From: Pelosinus propionicus DSM 13327 | Lineage (GTDB): Bacteria > Bacillota > Negativicutes > DSM-13327 | Assembly (NCBI RefSeq): GCF_900114615.1 | Contig: NZ_FOTS01000012.1 | Span: 1-64,000 of the forward strand | Direction: 5' to 3' | DNA length: 64,000 nt | Shown: positions 45,600 through 55,800 of the stretch, piece after piece | How positions within the stretch are numbered: the first letter of the stretch is position 1 | Layout: the number at the start of each line of letters is the position of its first letter | Translations under genes and position numbers: made by a program | The notes under the pieces: generated by a model | Databases searched by the model: none | What the model was told of the DNA's origin: nothing | Seen by the model: only the letters and a program-made list of their open reading frames with translations

Positions 45600-46912
45600 A
45601 TGCTCAAAAGTTAGGACTGGTATTTTTTCCAGCTTTTGACTGGGCGATTAGCCCAACTCATCCTGAGAGGGAGGAACGTTTGTTATATACCCGTGACCAG
45701 ATTGTAGAAGAAGGACTTCTGGATATGCCATCGATACGGGAATATAAGCCTAAAATCGCTAACCTTCAGGATATTGAAAGAGTGCATGTGGGAGTTCCTG
45801 ACATATTTTCTTTAATTACCAATGCTCATTTAGTGTCAGCAGGTGGAGCGATTGCAGCTGCTGATGCGGTAATAAAGAAGGAAGTGCAGCGAGCTTTTGC
45901 TTTAGTACGTCCGCCAGGACATCATGCCATGCGCATTGTTCATGGGACTCGTGGATTTTGTACCATTAATATGGAAGCAATTATGATAGAATATTTACGG
46001 AAGACCTATGGTATTGGTAAAGTTGCCATCGTTGATACAGATGTACATCATGGTGATGGCACTCAAGATATTTTTTATCATGACCCTGACACCCTATTTA
46101 TTTCCTTTCATCAGGATGGGCGGACCTTATATCCGGGGACTGGTTTTACCAATGAAATGGGGAGTCCTAATGCTCTTGGTACTACAGTGAACATACCTTT
46201 GCCGCCAGGAACAGGTGACTGCGGTCTTCATGAAGTGCTAGATCACCTGATTATGCCTATTCTAGGAGAATTTAAACCTGAAATAATTATTAATTCCGCC
46301 GGTCAGGATAATCATTTTAGTGATCCTTTAGCGAATATGGCAATTACAGCGCAGGGGTATGCGCGATTAGCCGATACATTAAAAGCTGATATTGCCGTAT
46401 TGGAAGGCGGTTATTCGATTGAAGATGCTTTGCCTTATGTAAATGTAGGGATTGTATTAGCTATGGCAGGAATGGATTATAGCAGAGTCATTGAACCTAA
46501 TATTGTAGATTGTCCTTCTCAAGCCTCTTCTGTCACTCATTATATAAAAGAAATCATCAAGGAACGCCAAGATATGTGGGGGAGAAAAGAGAAACTGAAG
46601 CGTGAAGCAATTATGAAGCATGGTGAATTCTGGCAGACAGAACGCAGTATCTATTATGATGATGAAGGTATTAACGAACAGCAGAAAGAAAGAATACGCT
46701 TATGCTCTCATTGTTCTGGATATGTAACAATTGAAACGAAGGCGCGCAGCAGTCTTCATTATAAAACAGCTTATATTGGTATGATTCCTCAGAAAGCTTG
46801 CCCAGCTTGTCTAAAAGCAGCTTACAATGAGGTACATACAGCAAAGAAAAAAGGAGAATATCAGCACTATATGGTGCAAAATAAACAGGAAGATCGGCTG
46901 GAAAGATTGTAA
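45593..46912 (+). CDS. Histone-deacetylase-family (AcuC/arginase-deacetylase fold) amidohydrolase with C-terminal Cys4 zinc ribbon
   Basis: HHGDGTQDIFYHDPDTLFISFHQ together with the DxH motifs; C-terminal CSHCSGY...CPAC. Confidence 0.7.
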   Translation: MLNAQKLGLVFFPAFDWAISPTHPEREERLLYTRDQIVEEGLLDMPSIREYKPKIANLQDIERVHVGVPDIFSLITNAHLVSAGGAIAAADAVIKKEVQRAFALVRPPGHHAMRIVHGTRGFCTINMEAIMIEYLRKTYGIGKVAIVDTDVHHGDGTQDIFYHDPDTLFISFHQDGRTLYPGTGFTNEMGSPNALGTTVNIPLPPGTGDCGLHEVLDHLIMPILGEFKPEIIINSAGQDNHFSDPLANMAITAQGYARLADTLKADIAVLEGGYSIEDALPYVNVGIVLAMAGMDYSRVIEPNIVDCPSQASSVTHYIKEIIKERQDMWGRKEKLKREAIMKHGEFWQTERSIYYDDEGINEQQKERIRLCSHCSGYVTIETKARSSLHYKTAYIGMIPQKACPACLKAAYNEVHTAKKKGEYQHYMVQNKQEDRLERL

Positions 46913-47080
46913 CAATGTGTATAAAATAGAACTAATACCTTATCTGTGCTAAACTATAGAGTTAGTGAGGAGTTTTTGACTTGTAAGGTGGCACAACGAA
47001 GTAATTCGGAAAAAAGACTGCTGAAGTAGCAGAATTTAAATGCAGATGCAGTACTATATATTGTAGGAGGAGTCAAATAG

Positions 47081-47824
47081 ATGAACCGACCAGATGGCCG
47101 AAAGGCTGATAAAATGCGTCCATTAAAAATAACTCGTAATTATTTAAAATACCCGGAAGGATCGGTGCTGATAGAGGTAGGCAATACAAAGGTAATATGC
47201 GCTGCCACAATTGAGGATAAAGTACCACATTTTATGAAGGGTTCAGGTGAAGGATGGATCACGGCTGAATATTCTTTACTGCCTCGTTCTACGCAGGTGC
47301 GTAATATTCGTGAGTCTGCTAAAGGGAAAATAACAGGAAGAACTCATGAAATACAACGGCTAATTGGCAGAGCATTGCGAAGTGTGGTTGATTTAAAAGC
47401 TTTAGGAGAAAAAACAATTTGGATTGATTGTGATGTTATACAAGCAGATGGCGGTACTCGAACAGCAGCGATTACAGGATCGTTTGTCGCTTTGGTTGAT
47501 GCAGTCAATAGTATTTATACCAATCATGAGAAACCTTTCCCTGTTAAAGAGTTCTTAGCAGCGGTTAGCATCGGTGTTGTAAAAGATGCAGTGGTTGCTG
47601 ATTTGTGTTATGAAGAAGATTCAGCAGCGATAGTGGATATGAACGTTGTAATGACTGGGAGCGGCCAATTTGTAGAAGTGCAGGGAACAGGTGAAAAACG
47701 TCCTTTTAGTAGGCAGGAGCTAAATGAAATGCTGGCCGTTGCCGAAAAGATGGTAGGGGAATTAATTGATTATCAAAAAGATATTCTAGGACCTTTATCG
47801 TGGAAAATCGGACGTGAGCCATGA
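47081..47824 (+). CDS. rph: Ribonuclease PH
   Basis: [21 protein letters not shown]...; GGTRTA motif. Confidence 0.9.
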   Translation: MNRPDGRKADKMRPLKITRNYLKYPEGSVLIEVGNTKVICAATIEDKVPHFMKGSGEGWITAEYSLLPRSTQVRNIRESAKGKITGRTHEIQRLIGRALRSVVDLKALGEKTIWIDCDVIQADGGTRTAAITGSFVALVDAVNSIYTNHEKPFPVKEFLAAVSIGVVKDAVVADLCYEEDSAAIVDMNVVMTGSGQFVEVQGTGEKRPFSRQELNEMLAVAEKMVGELIDYQKDILGPLSWKIGREP

Positions 47825-48417
47825 AAGAAGTAGTGGTAGCAACTACGAATAAAGGGAAAGTTGCCGAGATTGCCTTAGCTTTGGCTAACTTGCCTGTCAA
47901 AGTGTTAGATCTAAGTGATTTTAGTGATATTCCTGAGGCTGTGGAAGATGGTGATAGCTTTATGGCAAATGCCCAGCTAAAAGCTAAGCATTATGCCCAC
48001 CATACGGGAAAGGCCTGCTTAGCAGATGATTCTGGACTAGAAGTGGATGCATTAGGAGGCGCACCAGGCATTTATTCTGCACGCTTTGCCGGGGAGGATG
48101 CTAATGATGCTGCAAATAATCAAAAATTGTTAGCAGAATTAATTGGTGTTGTCCCTGAAAAGCGGACTGCTAGATTTCGTTGTGTTTTGGCTCTTGCTGA
48201 CATTGATGGGACGATCATGACTGCCGATGGAGTAAGAGAAGGAATTATTGGTCAAGACTTGCGTGGTTTAGGCGGATTTGGATACGATCCATTGTTTTAT
48301 ATGCCTGAAATGGAGAAAACCATGGCTGAATGTTCAAAGAGTGAAAAAAACGATATTAGCCATAGAGGACAAGCGCTGAAGATTATGACCAAGATACTGG
48401 GAGAGTATTTAAAATGA
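47821..48417 (+). CDS. rdgB: dITP/XTP pyrophosphatase (RdgB/HAM1)
   Basis: [12 protein letters not shown]...FGYDPLF. Confidence 0.85.
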   Translation: MKEVVVATTNKGKVAEIALALANLPVKVLDLSDFSDIPEAVEDGDSFMANAQLKAKHYAHHTGKACLADDSGLEVDALGGAPGIYSARFAGEDANDAANNQKLLAELIGVVPEKRTARFRCVLALADIDGTIMTADGVREGIIGQDLRGLGGFGYDPLFYMPEMEKTMAECSKSEKNDISHRGQALKIMTKILGEYLK

Positions 48418-48902
48418 AAATAGGGGTCATGAGTGATACCCATGGTGACCAGGCGGCTGTCAGGCAAGGGATAAAAGCAGCAGGTTCTATGGATATGTGG
48501 CTGCATGCAGGAGATTATAGCCAAGATGCAAACTATTTAGCTAAGTTAGTCAATGTTCCTGTATTTGCAGCGAGAGGAAATTGTGATGGGCAGGCAGCAG
48601 CCAAAATTGATGAATTTGTAGAAGTGGCTGGTAAGAAAATATGGATAACCCATGGGCATCGCTATGGTGTAAAGCAAGGTGTTAGTCAATTGGTAGAATG
48701 GGGCAGGCATTATGAGGTGGACATTGTAATTTATGGACATACTCATATCCCAGATAGCCACTGGGAAGAAAATTTACTGGTTTTCAATCCTGGCAGTGCT
48801 GCTGAACCTCGCTCTGGATATGGTACTTGTGGTATTTTAACGATTGATCATGAAGGGAAAATAGCAGGGGAGATTCTTACAGTGGGTAAGAAAGTAAAAT
48901 GA
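48414..48902 (+). CDS. YfcE/YsnB-like metallophosphoesterase
   Basis: [12 protein letters not shown]...GNCD...GHTH motifs. Shares the rph-rdgB-phosphoesterase order with B. subtilis. Confidence 0.75.
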   Translation: MKIGVMSDTHGDQAAVRQGIKAAGSMDMWLHAGDYSQDANYLAKLVNVPVFAARGNCDGQAAAKIDEFVEVAGKKIWITHGHRYGVKQGVSQLVEWGRHYEVDIVIYGHTHIPDSHWEENLLVFNPGSAAEPRSGYGTCGILTIDHEGKIAGEILTVGKKVK

Positions 48903-48910
48903 ATATAGAA

Positions 48911-48950
48911 TGAGGGTCTGTTCTACATCTTGTGTAGAACAGACCCTCAT
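48911..48950. terminator. Strong 16-bp-stem bidirectional terminator
   Basis: GAGGGTCTGTTCTACA-N5-TGTAGAACAGACCCTC between convergent genes. Confidence 0.6.
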
Positions 48951-48982
48951 TACGATAAAAGGTGCTTAGTTTAATGATTTAC

Positions 48983-50233
48983 TCAATCATAATTCTTGGT
49001 ATAAGCTACTTGTAATACTTCATCTGGCAGTTCATTTTCCCAACGCGCTACTACTACAGCAGCTACGCAGTTACCAATTAGATTGCAAGCCGTACGAGCC
49101 ATATCAAGTATACGGTCAACTCCAAGAATAATACCAATACCTTCTACTGGCAAACCAAAAGCTGCTGCGGTACCGGCAATAACGATCAAAGAAGCACCGG
49201 GCACTGCTGCAATGCCTTTTGTAGACATCATCAATGTTACAAGCATAATTAGTTGAGTTTCGATTGGGAAGGGGATATTATAAACTTGAGCGATAAAAAT
49301 GACAGCTAATGCACTATACAAGGTTGAACCATCTAAGTTAAATGTATAACCTGTCGGCAGCACGAAGGTAACAATATGCTTTGGAACGCCAAATTGCTCT
49401 AATTTTTCCATTGCAATTGGCAATGCTGCTTCGCTGGAGGCAGTGGAGAAAGCAATCAAGATAGGCTCTTTTATAGCTCTTAAGAGCTGGAAGAAATTCA
49501 TACGGATAATTAGTGAAGCACAGGCTAATAACAAAACAATAAAAAGTACTAGAGCAAAATATAAGGAACCGATCAACTTCGCTAAAGGAATTAGCATACC
49601 CAAGCCGAATTTACCTACTGTATAAGAAATTAGAGCAAAAACACCAATAGGAGCCAATTTCATGACATACCAAGTGAATTTGAACATAATCTCAGCAACG
49701 CTGATTGCTAATGTAACGGTTGGTTTGCCCTTTTCTCCCATAGCGGCAGCTGCTACACCGAAGAAAGTAGAGAATAAAATGATTTGCAGCATGTCGCCGC
49801 GTCCCATGGCATCTACCACATTGGTAGGTACAATGTTAACGATCATTTGCGTCATATCAATGGTCTTTTTTGCTGCAGCTGCTGCAGAACTCACATCAGC
49901 ACCAGTTGCAATTGCGACACCTGCACCAGGCTGGAATACATTTGCGACAGCCAGTCCAACGAAGAGAGCCAAGGTTGTAGCGACTTCAAACCAAATAATT
50001 GATTTTGCGCCTAAACGACCTAGTTTCTTAAAGTCACCAGTACCTGCAATACCCATAATTAATGAACTGAAAATTAAAGGTACCACAATCATTTTAATCA
50101 TACGGATAAACGTGTCACCGACAGGCTTTAATGCTTGTCCATAGACAGGGAAGATATAACCGAACACAACACCTAGAATAAGAGCAATAAAAATTTGAGT
50201 TGTTAGGCCTATTCCTTTTTTTTCTTTTTCCAT
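48983..50233 (-). CDS. Dicarboxylate/amino acid:cation symporter (DAACS, GltP/GltT family)
   Basis: 416 aa, multiple TM and re-entrant loop motifs (GxxxNxDG-like, VTLMMSTKGIAAVPGASL). Confidence 0.8.
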   Translation of the reverse strand: MEKEKKGIGLTTQIFIALILGVVFGYIFPVYGQALKPVGDTFIRMIKMIVVPLIFSSLIMGIAGTGDFKKLGRLGAKSIIWFEVATTLALFVGLAVANVFQPGAGVAIATGADVSSAAAAAKKTIDMTQMIVNIVPTNVVDAMGRGDMLQIILFSTFFGVAAAAMGEKGKPTVTLAISVAEIMFKFTWYVMKLAPIGVFALISYTVGKFGLGMLIPLAKLIGSLYFALVLFIVLLLACASLIIRMNFFQLLRAIKEPILIAFSTASSEAALPIAMEKLEQFGVPKHIVTFVLPTGYTFNLDGSTLYSALAVIFIAQVYNIPFPIETQLIMLVTLMMSTKGIAAVPGASLIVIAGTAAAFGLPVEGIGIILGVDRILDMARTACNLIGNCVAAVVVARWENELPDEVLQVAYTKNYD

Positions 50234-50290
50234 AAACGAATCCTCCTATAAATTTTGATTACTTGGAAACACCAAGAGATAAAGTAATCA

Positions 50291-50345
50291 AGGGGATTGC
50301 CTTGATTACCTTTACTGCACTGCACAGTAAAGAGAAAATATTTTT
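50291..50345. promoter_or_regulatory. Two adjacent inverted repeats (GTAATCAAGG-N6-CCTTGATTAC; CTTTACTG-N7-CAGTAAAG) in the symporter/kinase divergent region
   Basis: Read from the sequence. Candidate response-regulator operators. Confidence 0.3.
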
Positions 50346-50506
50346 AATGATGAAATACTTTCTTCTCCTAGTATAGAATGTAACCATCTGCTAAACTACA
50401 GAAAACAACTGAAAAAAATTATTATGCAATTCAGAATTATATAAGAATAGCTTTTTAGGACGATGAGGATTATAATGTTGTATGTCGAATTTTGCATTTA
50501 CAATGA

Positions 50507-51904
50507 GTGGCTAAATTGTTCACTAAAGGAGGGAGTTTTCTGTTATCTACTTTGCTAAAAAAAGTGCATGATGTCTTTGGAGGTATACAAGATTTATTTC
50601 ATAAATATAAATCCCTTATCAATACGATATTGCTTGTTTCCTTAACTGGTATTGTATATATTTACCCTTTTGGCAGCTATTTTCGTTTTACCCTAGCGAT
50701 TGTATTGTTAATCGTCTTTTTATTATATTTTGAGCAGTTTCCCATTTTATCTGGTACAATCTTGACAGGAGCAGTGATTGTATTTTTTCGTACGACAACG
50801 GATTTTTTAATAACCGGTCATGATTATAAGACTGCTATCATGTATAACTTACCTTCCCTGGCATACTATATCTCTTTTGCCGTACTATTTTACTTATTTT
50901 CCATTCGAAAGTACAAAGATCACATCTTGGTCCTTATTCTCTTATTGAGCGTGGTTGATATCCTCAGTAATATGGTCGAACTTTTTTGTCGTTCTGAATT
51001 GATTGGTGCAAAATTTGCAGTGGTTTTTCCAAGTATTGTAGTTGTGGCTATTGTGCGGGCTAGTTTAGCCTTTGTTGGGTATTATGCGTTAAAGCAATAT
51101 CAATCCTTTATTCTAGCTAATGATCAGGCAAAGCGCTATATCGAGCAAACTCTCATGGTTGCTAAATTGAAAAGCGAGCTATTTTATCTAGAAAAATCAT
51201 CTCAAGATATTGAAAATGTTATGGAGAAAGCCTATTGGCTTTATAAGCAATTAAACTCTAAGGTACAATTTGATAGAGAGCAAGAACATTTGCCTGCAGA
51301 GAATGCTCTTGCAGTGGCAAGAGAAATTCACGAGATAAAGAAAGATTACTATCGAGTCATAACTGGAATTGAAAATATTCTTAGACCCTCAAGCAGGGCT
51401 CAGAAGATAAAACTATCAGAAATATTGTTTATCATTGAACAAAATACAATACGGTATTTGAATGTAATCGATAAAAAGATTGATATCACCTATGAGTTAG
51501 CGGATGATTTTCTTACAGACAAGCATTATACTTTAGTTTCCATATTAGATAATCTCATTATGAACTCAATTGAGGCCTGTGGTGATGACGGAATTATTAA
51601 GGTAATTGAAACCAGTTCCAATGACATTATCTATTTTTGTGTGGAAGACAATGGAGTTGGTATTGATGAACAAGAATTTGAACTCATTTTTAATCCTGGT
51701 TATTCTACAAAATTTTCGCCGCGCACTGGTAAAATTTCAACAGGACTAGGCTTGGCCCATGTGAAAAATTACATTGAGCTATTAGGTGGAACCATTCGGG
51801 TGGAATCGCAGCCTGATGTATGTACTCGGTTTTTAATTGCGTTACCTCGCTTGGGTGTACTGATTTCTAATAAGGGTACTGATTTTTCTGTACCTTACTC
51901 TTAA
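50507..51904 (+). CDS. Sensor histidine kinase, GlnK/CitA/DcuS-class (SpoOB-type helical dimerisation domain plus HATPase), multi-TM N-terminus
   Basis: C-terminal HATPase motifs (NLIMNSIEA, EDNGVGI, GLGLA). The helical domain before it and the 5-6 TM N-terminus resemble B. subtilis GlnK (YcbA). Confidence 0.65.
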   Translation: MAKLFTKGGSFLLSTLLKKVHDVFGGIQDLFHKYKSLINTILLVSLTGIVYIYPFGSYFRFTLAIVLLIVFLLYFEQFPILSGTILTGAVIVFFRTTTDFLITGHDYKTAIMYNLPSLAYYISFAVLFYLFSIRKYKDHILVLILLLSVVDILSNMVELFCRSELIGAKFAVVFPSIVVVAIVRASLAFVGYYALKQYQSFILANDQAKRYIEQTLMVAKLKSELFYLEKSSQDIENVMEKAYWLYKQLNSKVQFDREQEHLPAENALAVAREIHEIKKDYYRVITGIENILRPSSRAQKIKLSEILFIIEQNTIRYLNVIDKKIDITYELADDFLTDKHYTLVSILDNLIMNSIEACGDDGIIKVIETSSNDIIYFCVEDNGVGIDEQEFELIFNPGYSTKFSPRTGKISTGLGLAHVKNYIELLGGTIRVESQPDVCTRFLIALPRLGVLISNKGTDFSVPYS

Positions 51905-51964
51905 CCTCATATATTGGAGTAAACGATTCATAATAAAGTATTTTTATAAGAAAGTGGTGCGAAT

Positions 51965-52825
51965 ATGTCGTTACGTTTTGTGATTGTTGATGATGATCTT
52001 GTGATTTGTAGAATTCTACAAAAAATTATTGAGCAAAATCAATTAGGTACTGTTGTTGAGCAATGCAATGACGGCTTAAAGGGTGAGAGGATCATTCGAG
52101 AATACCAGCCGGATATTGCATTGGTTGATTTATTGCTGCCAGGCCAAGATGGAGTGGAACTCATTGAAAAGGTGTCTGCTGCAGCGACCAATACTTCGTT
52201 TATCATGGTTTCCCAAGCCACGAGCGAACAATTAATTACGAAAGCTTATGAAGCTGGGATTGAGTTTTTTATTCATAAACCCATTAATGTCTTAGAAACG
52301 GTATCTGTGATTAATAAAGTGCAAGAGCATCGTAAGTTAAAACAGATTATGTCTTTGATGCATCAAACCATTTCTCAATATCCTAATATTCGTCCTGCAT
52401 CTGAGGATGGGACGAAAAATATGCAAAAGACTCGCATTTACAAAGTCTTTTCTGATTTGGGGATTATTGGTGAGGCGGGTGTAAAAGATATTTATCGAAT
52501 GGTACAGCTAATCCTGAAAAAAGGTATAGAAAGTAAGTCCTATCAGTTATGTGATATTTATCAGCAAATGTCAGAAGGAATGGAGCAAGATGCGAAAGCA
52601 ATTGAGCAGCGAGTACGTCGTGCCACAACGAAAAGCTTACACAATCTTGCCAATTTGGGGATTGATGATTATTACAACGAAATCTTTCAATCCCATAGTT
52701 CTTCTCTGTTTGATTTTAAAGAAGTGCGTCAAGAAATGAATTACATTTTAGGAAAAAGCCAATACCGCGGAAAAATTAATGTTAAAAAGTTTATTGAAGG
52801 GCTATTATTTATTGCAGAAGTCTGA
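51965..52825 (+). CDS. Response regulator with REC domain and GlnL/YcbB-type C-terminal domain
   Basis: REC motifs (VIVDDD, ALVDLLLPG, MVSQ). The C-terminal half is not a LuxR/OmpR/LytTR type. Confidence 0.65.
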   Translation: MSLRFVIVDDDLVICRILQKIIEQNQLGTVVEQCNDGLKGERIIREYQPDIALVDLLLPGQDGVELIEKVSAAATNTSFIMVSQATSEQLITKAYEAGIEFFIHKPINVLETVSVINKVQEHRKLKQIMSLMHQTISQYPNIRPASEDGTKNMQKTRIYKVFSDLGIIGEAGVKDIYRMVQLILKKGIESKSYQLCDIYQQMSEGMEQDAKAIEQRVRRATTKSLHNLANLGIDDYYNEIFQSHSSSLFDFKEVRQEMNYILGKSQYRGKINVKKFIEGLLFIAEV

Positions 52826-52841
52826 TGGATAAGATGGTTAA

Positions 52842-52873
52842 GTGGGGGACTACAACATGCCGGTTGTAGTCCC
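52842..52873 (+). terminator. Hairpin terminator after the two-component operon
   Basis: GGGGGACTACAAC-N5-GGTTGTAGTCCCC. Confidence 0.5.
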
Positions 52874-53034
52874 CTTAGGCTATTTGTCAAAAAGAATATA
52901 CTTAAATTAGTAGTTTATTGAATATTCTTAATTTTTTGAGTATGTTGTGGTTTTTTAAAAGGATTTTGGATAGCGTTGTACGAAGTAGCATCTTGATTGT
53001 CCTATGACAATTAAATTTTATAAGAGGTGGTATT

Positions 53035-54114
53035 ATGAAGAAACGTATTTACGGTATTTTTGTAACTCTTTGTCTCTTGGTGCTGTCTTTACAAGTGGTT
53101 GTTTTTGCGGCAGAAACTCCAGAAAAACCTAATGTTGTCATTCTTGCAACAGGAGGAACTATTGCCGGTGCAGGTGTTAGCAGTACTACAACCGTCGGGT
53201 ATACAGCTGCTGTTACTGCTGTAGACAAACTTATTTCGAATGTTCCCGAATTGGCTAAGGTTGCAAATGTACGCGGAGAACAAGTTTTTCAAATTGCCAG
53301 TGAAAGTATAACCATGGACAATTGGTTAACGCTGGCCAAACGTGTCAATCAGCTTCTTGCTCAAGATAATGTAGACGGCATCGTTATTACTCATGGGACT
53401 GATACATTAGAAGAAACCGCATATTTTCTTGATCTGGTAGTAAAAAGTGAAAAACCTGTTGTACTTGTTGGTTCCATGCGTCCTGGTACAGCAATGAGTG
53501 CTGATGGGCCTCTGAATTTATATCGTGCTGTTATTCTGGCTGGCACGAAAGAAGCTGCCGGCAGTGGTGTCATGGTAATGCTCAATGATACGATTCATTC
53601 CGGGCGTGAGGTAACAAAAACTATAACTGATCGTGTTGATACGTTTCAAGCGCCAATCATCGGTGCAATAGGTGTATTTACTGGTGATAAACCTGTATTC
53701 TATCGTCAATCGTTACGCAAAAATACGGTGGCGACGGAATTTGATGTCACTAACCTGACGTCATTGCCTCGTGTCGATATTGTGTATCATTATGCCGGCA
53801 ATGCTGGAACCATGATTGATGCTGCTGTAAATGCTGGTGCAAAAGGGATTGTTCATGCAGGAACTGGTAACGGCAGTATTGGAAAAGCGGAATATCCTGC
53901 AGTTGAAAATGCTCTTAAAAATGGTGTAGTTATTGTAAGGAGTGCCCGTGTTGGCAGTGGGATTATCGCTCGTAATGGGGAAGCGAATGATGACAAGTAT
54001 GGTTTTATTGCCAGCGATAACTTGAATCCCCAAAAGGCACGCGTTTTACTAATGCTGGCTCTTACCAAAACTTCTGATGTAAATGAAATTCAACAAATGT
54101 TCTGGAAGTATTAA
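53035..54114 (+). CDS. ansB: Periplasmic type II L-asparaginase
   Basis: Signal peptide; ILATGGTIAG (active-site Thr), HGTDT. Confidence 0.85.
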   Translation: MKKRIYGIFVTLCLLVLSLQVVVFAAETPEKPNVVILATGGTIAGAGVSSTTTVGYTAAVTAVDKLISNVPELAKVANVRGEQVFQIASESITMDNWLTLAKRVNQLLAQDNVDGIVITHGTDTLEETAYFLDLVVKSEKPVVLVGSMRPGTAMSADGPLNLYRAVILAGTKEAAGSGVMVMLNDTIHSGREVTKTITDRVDTFQAPIIGAIGVFTGDKPVFYRQSLRKNTVATEFDVTNLTSLPRVDIVYHYAGNAGTMIDAAVNAGAKGIVHAGTGNGSIGKAEYPAVENALKNGVVIVRSARVGSGIIARNGEANDDKYGFIASDNLNPQKARVLLMLALTKTSDVNEIQQMFWKY

Positions 54115-54365
54115 AATATTATTGTATTGAATTTGATAAATGCAATGAACCGCAGGGATAGATGGTGCTATGTGTCTGTGAGCACGTTAGCACCGCTAAA
54201 ATCCATGCGGTTTATTTAAAAAAAAGGTAGCAGTAGTTTTTTGAATATTTATAATACTTTCTGTATGATGCTGTGAGGTGGGTTGCATTTTTGCGAAAAA
54301 TATGACATAATTAATCATGGTTAATAAATTGGATTAATGGATTAAGCCAATTGTGGGGTGCAATC

Positions 54366-55322
54366 ATGATTTTACAGCGAGTCGGTATTCCGATCTATTT
54401 GCAAATTAAAACATACATTTTGGACAAAATAAAGTCTGGAGAGTATGTATCGGGTGCTAAAATACCTACAGAAAGAGAGTTGTCTACTGAATTAGGTGTG
54501 AGTCGCAATACTGTCAGTGCTGCTTACAAAGAACTTTTATTGGAGGGCGTGCTCGAAGCGCAGCAAGGTAGAGGGACGTTTGTAAAAACGGCTACGGATG
54601 ATGCGGAAGAGCAAGTCATCGGTGGAAGACGGGAGCGATTGGTTAAAATTATTGATGATGCTATGGCAAAAGTAGTAGAGCTAGGCTTCACAGTAGATCA
54701 ATTTGCTGCAATTGCCAGTATCAGGGCTATTGAAAAGAACCAAGCTGTTAAAGAATTGCGAGTAGCTGTTGTTGATTGTGCCTCTGAATTTATTCAACGC
54801 TTTATTAACCAAATTGGACAAATTGCTAACGTGCGATTTGAAACGGTAATGTTAGCAGATCTAATGGAAGGTCGAACTCCCGTTGAATTATTGCAGGCTT
54901 GTGACTTAGTTGTTACGACGCTGGGGCACCAGGCTGCAGTTGTTAGTCTATTGGGAAAGGCAAGTAAAGTAATTGGTGTGGCAACGGTTCCAAATCTTGA
55001 TGCGGTTATTAAATTAGCTCGTTTGCCCGCAAATACGCAAGTAGCAATTGTGGCAAAGAGTGATGCATTTGTAACTAACCTGCAAAATTTACTGGAGAAG
55101 ACATCAATTAATCAATTGAAATTTAGAATTGTGCAATCAAGTGATTTCTCAGAAGTTAATAGGATGATTGCGAATTATAAAGTAGTAATTGTCAGTGAAG
55201 AGCGTGAAATGCTTGTGCGCCAAATGGTGAATGAAAGTCAAGAAGTGATTACATTCTATTATGAAATTGACCGCGGTTCCTTAAATCAGGTTCTGATGAA
55301 GTTAGTCAGTCAAGCACTTTAG
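54366..55322 (+). CDS. GntR-family transcriptional regulator with non-canonical C-terminal domain
   Basis: N-terminal GntR HTH (KIPTERELSTELGVSRNTVSAAYKEL). Confidence 0.65.
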   Translation: MILQRVGIPIYLQIKTYILDKIKSGEYVSGAKIPTERELSTELGVSRNTVSAAYKELLLEGVLEAQQGRGTFVKTATDDAEEQVIGGRRERLVKIIDDAMAKVVELGFTVDQFAAIASIRAIEKNQAVKELRVAVVDCASEFIQRFINQIGQIANVRFETVMLADLMEGRTPVELLQACDLVVTTLGHQAAVVSLLGKASKVIGVATVPNLDAVIKLARLPANTQVAIVAKSDAFVTNLQNLLEKTSINQLKFRIVQSSDFSEVNRMIANYKVVIVSEEREMLVRQMVNESQEVITFYYEIDRGSLNQVLMKLVSQAL

Positions 55323-55370
55323 ATAGTAGAAATACTAGATATAGATTTTAATAGCAAAGGAGTAGTTAGG

Positions 55371-55787
55371 ATGGAAAACAATAAAGTAAAAGTAGTTTTG
55401 GGGGTTATTGGCGCTGACTGTCATGCAGTAGGTAACAAAATATTAAACTATGCCTTTACTTCTGCAGGATTTGAAGTAGTTAATTTAGGGGTTTTGGTTC
55501 CTCAAGAAGAGTTTGTAAATGCAGCTATTGAAACAGATGCAAAAGCTATTCTCGTCGCTTCCTTATATGGACATGGAGAAATTGATTGTCGGGGTTTGAG
55601 AGAACGCTGCCGTGAATCCGGTCTAGGTGACATTTTATTGTATGTTGGCGGAAATTTGGTAGTTGGCAAAACTGATTTTGCAGAAGTGCACAGCAAGTTT
55701 ATTGAAATGGGTTATGACAGAGTCTATGAGCCAGGTATACTTCCTGATCAAGTGGTCATTGATTTAAAAAATGATTTAGGTTTATAA
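55371..55787 (+). CDS. glmS: Glutamate mutase sigma subunit (B12-binding; MutS/GlmS)
   Basis: DCHAVG (DxHxxG cobalamin-binding) in a 138-aa Rossmann-like protein. Confidence 0.85.
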   Translation: MENNKVKVVLGVIGADCHAVGNKILNYAFTSAGFEVVNLGVLVPQEEFVNAAIETDAKAILVASLYGHGEIDCRGLRERCRESGLGDILLYVGGNLVVGKTDFAEVHSKFIEMGYDRVYEPGILPDQVVIDLKNDLGL

Positions 55788-55800
55788 GGGAGTCTTGATA

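Noticed and set aside
49443-50144. Plus-strand ORFs inside the DAACS symporter gene
   Set aside because: They are antisense to a well-supported transporter CDS. Their hydrophobic composition mirrors the membrane-protein codons.
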